From NCBI GenBank assembly GCA_036172245.1, contig JAYWIR010000024.1, positions 372,001 to 436,000 of the forward strand: a stretch of 64,000 bases of DNA, written 5' to 3'. A program made the position numbers and the translations under genes. Of the stretch, positions 1 to 10,608 are shown in pieces. The notes under the pieces were generated by a model that had not been told where the DNA came from, ran no database searches, and worked only from the letters and a program-made list of their open reading frames with translations. The DNA is from Raillietiella orientalis. Lineage: Eukaryota. The stretch's first letter is position 1. Every line of letters begins with the position of its first letter.

Positions 1-2434
1 GAACGAAAACTTCCCCAGAAGTGCTTTATTCCCTCTCTGATGTATTCATCCTTTTCTTCCCGTCTGTGGAACTTTTTGCCTTCAATCAATGAAATTCAAA
101 ACAAAATCCAGTGCTAAGGGGGGCGAGTGGGGGATCCGGCCTTCAACCACCCCTAGGCATATTGGAAACCAAGGCCGCTCCGTCTCAAGGTGGGTAGCCG
201 AATTCGCTCCTCGAGGAGGCATACGCGTGCGAGCTGTACTGGATAGGCTTTTCTGTGATGCTCCCTTGCTGCCTGAACGAGCGCTAAGGTCAACTGTCCA
301 CCCGCCCCGTGTAGCTGAGACGTGCCACAAGAAGCAGCAGTGATCGACCGGCTCTTCGTTACAAGGGATGAAAGAAGTTCAAGGGCGGTAGGCGTTTTTA
401 GGAGCCACACGCGGCAGCTACTCCAGATCTGCCGCATGCACGGACCTCTGGGTTCCGGAGCATTTTCGCATCCTTGGGGGTCGTTGTGCCCCCTTCGCGG
501 ATTACTTCTGCAGTACTGGAATGGTGACTTCCCTCCCGTGATCATCTGAGGAAGACAGCGCTCTACGTGGATAGGCATGCCGCGTGGCATGAGCGTGAGA
601 CGAGCAGGATGCTGTGGGGCCAGGAGAGCTGCCCTCCCCTCAATGGCAGACATGGGACTGGTCGGATGGAGGACTTCTCAGATGGCACAAGCGAGGCGGC
701 GACGAGGATCCCTCAGGGGCTGAAAGAGTTGCACTCTGTCCGCTGCAGCAGAGCTCCCCTGGCACGGTGGTAGTTTCACGGCTGGCGCCGTTGAGTGACC
801 GAGTCGTCTTCCTTCGTCTGCAGCCCCATCCGAGACTGAGGTCATAGAGGCTGCTGCAGCTGAATCCTTGATGACACCCATTTCCTAAGAATTTTCGTTT
901 GCGCTCTGCGCCGTCTCCTGGGAGACCGTAGGGAGGGAGCTTTCAAGGGCGGTCACAGGCGGCTTCTCCGATTTCATCTATGGAGAAGATGAAACCAAAG
1001 ACAAGCGGGCAGCTTCTTCCAGAACTCCTTCAGATGAGGTGTCCATGGTGATTCTGTCCTCTCCTCTTCCCAGAATCTTCCCAGAATAATAAGAACGTCA
1101 AAGGACGGGGCGGGGGATACCGAGGCGCTTTCCGCTACCCAAGCACCCCTCCTCTCATATTTGGGAGCTCATGTGCCACCACAGCGTTTCTCCTTGGACT
1201 TTCCACAGACACCCATAAATTCCACTTCCCGGAATGGAGGCAGTCATCAGGGCGAAGGAGGAGTGGTAAGGGCAAAGGGCCTTTTCGGGAGATTAACCTC
1301 GTAGGAAGAAAATCCGGATGGCTGGACTTGGTAGCGTTGATCCGAGGTGGCTGCGCCCAGGAGGCTGGGCTGGATGCGCCGGTTTTCCCCACGAAACAAC
1401 AGAGTTCCCACGTCTCTCTCTCCACCCTTTCCGTTGTTCCTTGCTCCCGACTCCCCCCACAGCGAAGCGGATGTCGGCTTCAGACCAGGACTCACTCTCC
1501 TCCTCCACCATAGCAAGAGAGTCACCATCCTGAGCAGAGAAACTCTCCCTCTCCCCGTTCCTTGCTTCAGCCTCGCTTCCGCGTTCTCTCCATTCCAAAA
1601 TCCGGCAGTGAGAGACACCTCTCCTTCCTAGAGTTCCCATTCTCTTCCTTTCCCAATCTCATGGGAAAAGGAGAAAGAGTTCGTCCTTCACCGCGTCCTT
1701 TTCATATGTGGACGCCAAAGGCTTCTCTGCTCCGCTCGCCCACCCACTTTTCCCTCTTCCCTCATCCCTGCCTTTCGGCAACCAGGAACTGAGAGGATCT
1801 CAGGGAAGTGACGCCCCTGCTGGTCTCTTCCCTCTCTCCTCCTCTCCCGCTGTTCCCAGCTCGCGAGGCTACAGCGGCGACCTTCTCTCCCCGTCTGGAG
1901 ATGTTTTTTGGTGTATTCTGCCTCCTGGTGGAGACAGAGGGGAAACGGAAATGGCACAGGAAAACGAGACCACGCACCGGGTCGCCAAGGGGAGATGCGG
2001 CGGCTTCGGTCCAAGAAGCTTCTCACGTCGTCCACCAGAAGCAGCGTTCCCACCACAGAGAGACGGCGTCTGCCGCCTCCGCAGCGCTTCCCCTGCAACC
2101 AGGGGAGGGAGAGAAAGAGGGAGTTCTTCCACGGCCTCTTTGAGGGGTCCTTCCGCGCAGATGTGCGAGCCTTTGGGACGTGTCCTTTCCCTTTCACTTC
2201 CCCTCCCTTCTCGACTTCCTGCTTGTTGGCTCTTCCCGGAATGGCCGATCTTGACCAGACGACTCGTGGTCGCCTTGGGGTGGGAGGGGGCCAAGTCCTC
2301 TTCCGGCGCGTGTTGCCGTCGTGCCGCCCGCGCGCACACGGTTTCCTGCTATGTCTCGCGGCGGGCTGCGCCCCGCGTCCTCCAGGCTCAGCAGGGATCT
2401 CAGGGATCTTCCGGCGGCCCAGACCCGGCGGCGG

Positions 2435-2622
2435 CTACCTGAAGATGATAGAAGGCTGGTTGTCCGGGGTTTTCCGAGAGCCCGTGCTGTTCCTCCACAG
2501 TAGATCGGGGTCTCCCAGATTGATGCCGGCGGTGTTGATGGAGGCGTGGTTCATCGACGGAAAAGCCGGCTGCAGGGCCACATTCAGAGCGTTGCCTGGA
2601 AACGCCGGCATGGCAGAAGACC
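2435..2622 (-). CDS. otp: otp last exon ending [25 protein letters not shown]
   Basis: Acceptor cttctccAG in phase 1. The terminal D-x-x-WR...RK segment sits where the Otp OAR region normally lies. Confidence 0.7.
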
Positions 2623-5600
2623 CTGGAGAAGCAAGTATGTCGCCACCAACGACCAACCACGCAAAGCACCCCTCCTTCTGCGCCTCTTTCGTTGCGGCTC
2701 TTGTGATCGACACCAGAGAGAGAGGGAGGCTGAGCACATCTGCACCAGCGGCGGATCCTCAAAGCTCGGGGAAGGAGGAACAAGAGGAGGCACAGTAAGC
2801 AAGTAATTCCGTGAAGAGCGCGGCAGTAAGAATCCAGAGGAAAAAAAGGCACCAACAGAGAAAAGAACTGGGCATGAACCCCTCACCCGAGACTCCAGGA
2901 AACCACACAAGCGGAGCGAATATGCCGACACCATCGAGTGGAAGAGGGAGAAGGGAGTTGGAAAGGGTGCTTTTTCACCACTTTCAGTCGCTTTCACTAC
3001 TCCTTCACTCCCTCAGGGTCGGTTTTCCGTCTAGTTCCTTTTCCAGCCCCGTAGTTAGGATGACGGCCTCCGAATCCAGCACCACTGGGAGCGAGAGGAC
3101 GGAAATCGCAGTGCAAGAATGGTCTCCTTCCCTTCCCACTCTAGCACTCGCCTCCCTCTAGATTCATTCTCCCAAAAAGGGCAACCTCCAGAGAGAAAAA
3201 ATCCCAGCCAATTCCCTCACCCTCTCAGAGGAGCCTCGCTGGGTCCATTGGGGTGGGTCGCACCTTCCAACTCCTGATAGAGGCTACCTCTCCCTGCCCA
3301 CTTTCGCTTCAGAGTCAAGAAGCTTGGAGCAGTCAGCAGGCGACCAGCCTCTCCAAGGAGTGGCTGCACTGACCCACAGAGGAGCTTCTCCCACCTCCAC
3401 GTCTACTCCCAGCGCGTCTCCGGCACAACAGCTGCGTTCCGCATCTCGCCCTCTCTTTTTGGTCGCACTGGGAATGAGGGGAAAGAGGGTAGGGAGCGGA
3501 GCTTGGGACAGGAGCTGGAGCCAGCACCTCTGCGCGCGCGCGCACCGCACCGGTACCCTGTGACTCCCGCGAAGAGCGTAGGAAGCCGCGAGTCTCCCTT
3601 TTGGCGCCCTTGGCTCAGCTTCGATCAGAACCTCACGAAGAAAGGCAAGGAGGAGGCAAAGGACTCACCCAGGGAGTTGGCTGCGCAGTAGGGATTTTGG
3701 TACATAGGGGACGAACTCGAGGACACCACGATGGGACCGGGTTGAGCGAAGTGGTTAGCGCCCACGTTCTGGTTGACAGCGTTCATAGGTAGTGTTCCTT
3801 GGCCGAGGTGGGGGTGGCCGAGATTTTGCCGTTGGACGGGTCCGGGAAAGGTCACGGGTTGGTTTACCAAGCCCAGGTTGCCTACAAGAAGAAGGGGCGA
3901 TGCGGTGCAAGAGGAGAAAAAGGAAGAGGGATGATGGATGGGAATGTTTGCTTTTTCTGGAACGAGACTGCGTGTGCCCTCACCTTGAACCAGAGGCCAG
4001 CGGTTCTCGGGAACGGAGTTTCCCCCGTAGAAGTTGTCTGCTGGATGGAAGGCAGGAAGGACATTCCCCGGCAGGACGTTCCCGGATGAGAAGACGCCGC
4101 TCGTCTTTTTCCTCTTCTTCCACTTGGCCCTCCTGTTCTGGAACCAGACCTAAAGGGAAGATGTACATCCGGAGAGGTGCCCATTTTTTCCCCGAAGGGA
4201 GAATAGGTCGGAGGGTGAGAGACCTTGAAATAGTGGACAAAATAAAGCAGAGAAGACTCCGGGAAAAGTAGGTCCAGAGTTTGTAGGAAGAAGACTCTGG
4301 CAGGATGGTGAGCCGCCACATTTCTCCTGCTCCAACAAGAATACCACCAGAGCCATTTCGCCCAAAGTCTTTCCCCCTTCCCTTCTGCTTCTCCCCTAAA
4401 GAGAAGAAGGAAGAAAGTAGGAGAGGAGCAAGGCGGTGAGGGAATGAGAAGAGGATGAAAAGGAGGATTAGGAGAGGTAGTGAAGACGAGAGAGGATGGA
4501 AAGAGTAGAGTCCAGAAGGATAGGAAGCAAAAAAAAAGAGACAGTTGAGAAAGAGAAGTTGACTGGTGGAAGGGAAGGGGTCAAACAAAGGGGTAGTGAA
4601 AATACCCCCCCGACCTCGGATGTAGCCGTGGACAATCCCGCCTCTCGTTCCCTCTGAGCTGCTCGGACGAGTATGCGTTCGTTGCATACCCGCCTGGAAC
4701 GCGTGTGCGCAAGCCACTGTGCCGTTGGAGCACAAAAGAAGAAACCGAGGTCCCTCGGGAGGCGGCCGGGACTGCTGCTCTCGCGACATGGAGCTGCTTC
4801 CTAGGAAACAGGGATCCAGGATCCCGATACACCTTAATCGGGAGGAATATCGAGGATCGTTCCTTCTCCACGCGTTCTTTTGTGAGAGGAATTAGGCCAG
4901 GATCACGGAAACGAGGTGCCGCGATCTCCCCGGGGATTCCGGTGACCGGCATCAGTGCAGCTCCTTGTCTCACAGCAGCTCCAAGGACAAAAAGAGGCGG
5001 AGAGCACCGCGGAGCTCAGGACGCTTACTTATGGAATCATCAATCATCCTCTGCAAAGGATGAGGGGAGTGCGCTCAGCATCCCAGCAGCTGTTCACTGA
5101 CGCTGTTCGACGACAGCGCCTCTACCGAGCGTGAAGAGAACCTAAAACAGGTGGCGACTTCTTTCTCCTACAGGCTGGAGGGTATGAAAGCATGTTGTGC
5201 TTCTTCCCGTGCCCTAGGAAGACTGCCTACGGACAAGTCGCTAGAGCGAGGAGGGGTAGAATTTTAGGCCCGTCCCCGCGCGAGCAAGAGCTGCTACGCC
5301 AGAACCTCCGAGCGAATCTTGGAAACCCTGCATGGAAGATCGCAGCAGCAGAGAGGCACCCGCCTCTCGTAGCGTGACAACCCTCTCCCTCTGGAGCTCG
5401 CAGCCGCCGCGAGGCACCTGGCAGCGGCGATGGGAGCTGCAGCGCGGAACCCTCGACGACCGGTCGTCACCGCCGATCGGACCCGAGGAGGAAAGTTGCT
5501 GCTATGCAAGGGATGCACCTCGGAGGACAGGCAGCGCCTCGCCTGCCTGTGGGCCGCTGTGCGCTCAGGATGGTGACGCTTCGCGCGGCGGAGGTGGGTA

Positions 5601-8600
5601 CGCCGGAAATCCGAAATGCTAGGGGGCCGAGCAGAGCAGCGGCGGGTGATCCCTTCCCCACGGGCGACGCCTCCCAACGTTTCCCGGAGATACAAAAACT
5701 GGGAAGCGGAGGTGCCCCCTCGACCAACCTGTGACGTCATGCGCGCGCGCGTTTTCCTTCCGCTGTCCCTCCGCCACCTCCTCACGTCGTCATTTCCAGG
5801 CCACTTAACTCCGTGCCATCACAATTCCTCGTGTCCTCATTGCTCCGGGCAACATCTCTCGCACCCCCTCCTATGAGGCTGGTAAGGCTGCCACGTGTTC
5901 AGCGCGTCCCCGCAGGGCTGCCGAAAGAGGCAAAAGCTCAGCAATGCAGCCAGAAGCTCGTGGGACCCTCAGGCAGTCCGAGAGTGGTATCAAAAGATGT
6001 GGCTCAGAGAAGACAACCCAGCGCAGTCGCACTACCACGCATGGACCTCCTCCCGTTCCCTTTCCCCCCCCCCCCCACTCCCCAAACTCCGGAGGCCTGC
6101 AGGTGGACCGAGTATCCGCGAAACCGGGACAGGCTCCAGAACAAATGCAAACCCCTCCCCGAATGGAAGAGATGTGTTGCCTCTGTTGCATCCCTGCCTC
6201 TGCCGCGCTCCGCGTCGGAGAGGCGCGAACCACACGCTCCGCCTTCTTCCCATCTGTCTCGGCCCTCAGCAGAACGCGCTTAACCCGTCAACTAAGGTCG
6301 TGACACCGTCCGTCGCGCGACTTCTCGACCTTTCTCCCTGGAACTCCTTGGAACGCAAGGTCGCCTCGGTCACCGGGGAGGTATCTCCCAGATGAAACCA
6401 GGCGTAATTTGATGGCGCGAGGCTGGAGGCGGTGTATGAAGGCATATCCGTACCGAAGGCAAAGGCGAGGACGATGCGAGGGGGTGAGGAGGGCCGGGAA
6501 GCCGGTCGGGCGCCTCCGGAAGTCGCTCAGTCAAGAAGAAAGGAGAGGGAGTGTTGGTCCCCCTCGCAAACCACCGCTCCCCCCCCCCCTTCTGATTTGG
6601 CGCTTCCTTCCCTTGCCCTCATCCGCTTTCAGCACCAAGCCGCCGTATCCTGCGGCAACCGGTCGATAGCCCGCTCGCTTGCTCTTCCAGGTGGGCAGGT
6701 CGTCGTTCCCAGGTCACGTGACCGGATCCGGCGACGCACTTGCGCGCGCGGGCGCCTCGTCGGCAGCCAGATCCTCATCACGAGGTCGGAAAGACTCCGC
6801 GGTCGATCAAAGTCTTGGGAGCCGCTGTCGTCCCAGAAGTCACATGACCGACAACGCACAAATGGCGCAGAATTCCCTTCCCTCCCCACCCTTTCTCCCT
6901 CTCAAAAGAAAGAGGATCTCCTCGCGCGCGCGCAGGGTCGCGGTCCGCAGTCTCACCTGTACCCGGGACTCGGTGAGGCCGATCCGGTCGGCGATCTCCT
7001 CCCGCATGAAGATGTCCGGATAGTGCGTCTTTGAGAAGCTGCGCTCCAGCTCCGTCAGCTGCACCGGCGTGAAGCGCGTCCGGTGGCGCTTCTGCTTCAC
7101 GTTTTTCTCCGCTTCCTGCTGATGCTGATGCTGCTGGTGCTGTTGCTGCAGAGGGACGGGATGCCGGTGCAGCGGGTTCGTCAGGGGAGGAAGGACCCCC
7201 CCATTGGGCTCGCGGGGAGACGGCATGGTCATCTGGAGGACCTCCGCTGCCGGCTTGCCCATCTCCGGTTTCACGCCTTCGCTCAGCTGCTTTGCATCTG
7301 GGGAGGACACGAGAGGGTTGACCCCTGAGTTCTACTACCCCGAAAGGGCCGATCCCGAGGGTGAGTGGGTATTCTAGAGTCTCGGAGAACTTTGGGAACG
7401 CCCGGCCTTAGGCAGACCTACCGAACTTCAGCGAATCGGAAGGAGCTCCCCAGGTTTCTAGGGAACGCAGTTCTCGTAGAACGGCGCAGTCGAGGAGAGC
7501 CTGGCGGGCAGTTCGAACTCCCTCCCCCCTTAAAACGTCTCTCCTGCCCATGGAGACTTGGATCCCATTTTCTACGCGCCAATCCTACGGGGCTCCGCTG
7601 TGGGGAGGAGGGGAAGTACTCCGACGAAGTCTAGATGAGTTTCGGTGGCATCCCGGTGCACGGGGACGCCGTGGTAGAGAAAGAAGGAACTCCTACACAT
7701 TCTAGTGCCCCTTCCCTCCCATCCTCCCTTTCGAAAAGCCGGAAGGGGGCTTGGGTGCTTCGATAGCGGCTGCTCTTCTCACGCGCTCGACACTCCACGG
7801 CACTCTTCTCCCCACGGGAGATGCTTACGTGAGTGAGTCCCAGCGCGATCGGGTGGCACGGGAAGAAAGAAGGAAGAGGGGTGAGAGGACGGAGGAGGAA
7901 GTGGAGAGGTTCCGGCCACAGTGGATTTCTTCTAGGATCGAAGGTGGGTGGGGGTGGACTCCAGGATTTTCCCGAATCCTCTCCTGGTCTTTGCAAGGGT
8001 TCCCAGGCTGTCCACCGATTCAGCAGCTGAGCCGTGGACCAGAGATTCGAGAGCAGACCGACAGCCGCTGGTCGGCACGCTGCAGGCATCCTCCCCTTCC
8101 GGAGCTCCCAAGAAGACAGGACAGTCCAGGGGAACGGGGTCACGAAGAAGTGGAGCGAAGTAGCGGGTCACGGAACCTTCCCATCACCTCCGGCACCCCA
8201 GCCTTTCCGCCTGCGGAGCCATCGGTCCCCCTTGCTGCTTGGTCCCGGCAGGTCAGCAGCTGACCCCTGCTCCTGTTGTGCGAGAGGCGCGATCGGAAGG
8301 GCTCGGGGTGGATGAGCCCAGCCGCTAGGCTCCTACCGCTTGGCATTCGAGCGCGGCTTCTCTGCCGCTCTCGGAAGGATGTCCCCCCTCCTATCCTGCG
8401 ACAGTCTGCGTTGGGGTGGGTGGGGAGGGAGTTGATCGGGACAGACGAGACGCGCCCTCGGCTTGCTCGTCTTCAGCACGGATGCGGGTTAAGCGCCGCC
8501 GGATCTTCTTCCACTCTCCTTCCTTCTCCCTCGAGTGAGCTGCGCCAAGAATCCCCGTGCTTGGCGTAGGGACCGGAGGGGAGGGCGAAAGAATTCAGTA

Positions 8601-8998
8601 AGGGAGGAGGATCCCGAATCAGCGAGTAGACGAGCGAGCCCTATCCTCCCACTCCTTTTCCCTCAAAAAAGTCCATTCCATTCCACTGCTGGCCAAGGGG
8701 CGGGAAGAATAGGGAGTCTGGGGACCAGGAGGTGGCGCGGTTGGAGGAGGGAAATGGGGGAGCGTTGGGGGAAGACTTGGTTTCGTTGGACTCACGGCAT
8801 TCTCTGACCCGGAAAGTGGGGCTGAACTGGAGCTCTCCTCTGGGCTGGGGGTGAGTGCCCCTGGGCTGTCACCGGGGTATAAGGAGGGGGGGGGAAGGTG
8901 AATGAGCTACCGGGAGGGTCTCCCTAGCCAAGGTCCCAGAGATGGGGAGGGGGGGGGCACAAATACGAACCCAGCATCGCCTCCGAGCCGGTCAGCAT
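2435..8998 (-). CDS. otp: Orthopedia PRD-class homeobox transcription factor, spliced CDS join(8998-8971,7297-6957,4149-3984,3881-3669,2622-2435), 311 aa
   Basis: Homeodomain [62 protein letters not shown] matches the Otp family. It has the canonical PRD-class intron between Q46 and V47. All four introns are GT-AG and exon lengths 28+341+166+213+188=936 keep frame to TAG. Confidence 0.92.
3669..3881 (-). CDS. otp: otp exon 4 ([12 protein letters not shown]...YCAANSL)
   Basis: Acceptor ttcttgtAG, donor GTGAGT, phase 1-1; coincides with ORF 3625..3870. Confidence 0.8.
3984..4149 (-). CDS. otp: otp exon 3: recognition helix [15 protein letters not shown] and downstream segment
   Basis: Acceptor ctttAG, donor GTGAGG; this reading frame is missing from the supplied ORF track. 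Confidence 0.95.
6957..7297 (-). CDS. otp: otp exon 2: polyQ/H tract and homeodomain residues 1-46
   Basis: Acceptor cctccccAG, donor GTGAGA; encodes [28 protein letters not shown]...ESRVQ. Confidence 0.95.
8971..8998 (-). CDS. otp: otp putative first coding exon (MLTGSEAML+G)
   Basis: ATG at 8998 and phase-1 donor GTTCGT at 8970 match the phase-1 acceptor at 7297. It lies just downstream of a CCAAT-rich region. No homology support for this exon itself. Confidence 0.55.
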
Positions 8999-9169
8999 GC
9001 TTCCTCGTCCACCATCGGCGGGTCCATCAGTTCACTTGGCTCAGGTCGTGCACGGACCTGGTCGCCGTGGTCGTCACTGGGGCCGGGGCGTGTTAGCGCT
9101 TCCCGGGGGAGCATGCCTGTTCGTTCGTTCGTTCGTCCTCCTCCCGGCAGCGGACGACGGCGGTAGCAG

Positions 9170-9420
9170 CGACAACGGCGGCGAGGCCAATAATCAGGAC
9201 AGATCGGAGTTGGATTGGGCTTGACGCCCCGTCACTTGGCAACAAATTAAGCCGTCCCGACACGCCTCGACTTTTTAGGCGTCCACGCTGCCAGGCGACC
9301 CCTCCTCTCCGAAGCCAATCGCAAGCGCGCCCAAGGAGCTGCCGCGGCTCCTTCCTCCAATCCAGAGGGGCGCGCTCCTCCTATCGGGACGAAAATCAAT
9401 CAGCCGGGCCCCCTCCCATC
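9170..9420 (-). promoter_or_regulatory. Candidate otp proximal promoter (CCAAT-box cluster, CpG-rich)
   Basis: CCAAT/ATTGG at 9187, 9214, 9315 and 9357, plus TAAT/ATTA cores, 190-360 bp upstream of the proposed ATG. Confidence 0.5.
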
Positions 9421-10564
9421 CGTCTGCGAGGGGGAGGCGGGAGGAGGGAAAGGAGAGGCGACGCGCGCGCGTCTCCGGGGAAGGAATTCTTCCGGGACTC
9501 CCGCGGGCAGCGAGGGGACTTCCTGCTCCTCAGCCCCGTGGTCTGCCCCATCAGGGAGCAAAGCGCGCTCTGCTTCCTAGGAGAAGGGGGAGGGGGGAAA
9601 GAAGGTTTTTTGATCCTTCAGGAAGAGGCACGAGCTGGAAGGAGGTGGAAGAGTAACAGAAGCAGCAGGAGGAGGGGTGGAGAAGGAAAGAGGAGGCGAA
9701 AGGAGGCTGAGGGCTGTCGCCGCCGTCAACCACGTGAGCTGCCAGCCTCCCGACTCGCTCGCCCTCGTCCACCTCTCCCCTACCTTCCCTGCCTTCGCGT
9801 CCCTTTGGAAGGATTCTTCTTCTCCTGAGGTGGACTCCGGCCGCCTCCTGGAGGCGGCGGCGGGGTTCACCCCATCCCCGCCCCCCTTCCTTAGGACCTC
9901 TGCTCCTCCCACGCCCCCGCTCCGAAACACGTAACCCTCTCCCGTGTGCGTCCGTGGGTGCATCCTCTGGAGAAGCTGCCCGAGGACCGTCCTCAGTCCA
10001 CCTTCACGGACGGCGGCGCGATGATCGCACGCGACGCTCCGGGCAGCTCGGCCCCAAGCTCTGCAGCGTCGGTGCGGTGCCGCGGAGAGGAGCGCCATCA
10101 AAAGGCTCCGCTTGCACAAAAGGAGTCGACCCCAACTTTCCCAACTGCCGGGCACGGGGGGAACCCCACGTCCCGGCGCAGAATGCCATTAGCACCCGAG
10201 CGCAAATTGCCTGCACTCGCTCCACGTGTCTCGGCGGAGCTGCTCAGCAGCAGCAGCAGCAGCAGCGCAGCATCCCCTCAAATCACTTCCATTTCCCGGT
10301 TGAAAGTGACATCGAGGAGGGGGGGGGGGGAGGAGAAGGACTCTCGCGGACCTTTTTACGATCCTTCGCTCCTCCAAAGGGAAGAGGGGGTGGAGGAGGA
10401 AGAGTGCTCATCTCCCTTCTCCTCCTCCCCCTCTCCCCGCACCGCCCCCGCCGCCGCCGCCCGATGTTTTTATTGTTTTTTCCCTTTCTCTTTTCCTGCG
10501 GAAGCACCCCGCTTTCAAGGAACGCGCCCCCCTGCCCGCCTCGGCAGCAGCACACACCGCACGC

Positions 10565-10608
10565 TGCGCGCGCGCGCGCGCGCTCGCGCGTGTGTGCGTG
10601 CGTGCGTG
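10565..10608. repeat. (GC)n/(GT)n alternating purine-pyrimidine tract
   Basis: tgcgcgcgcgcgcgcgcgctcgcgcgtgtgtgcgtgcgtgcgtg seen directly. Confidence 0.85.
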
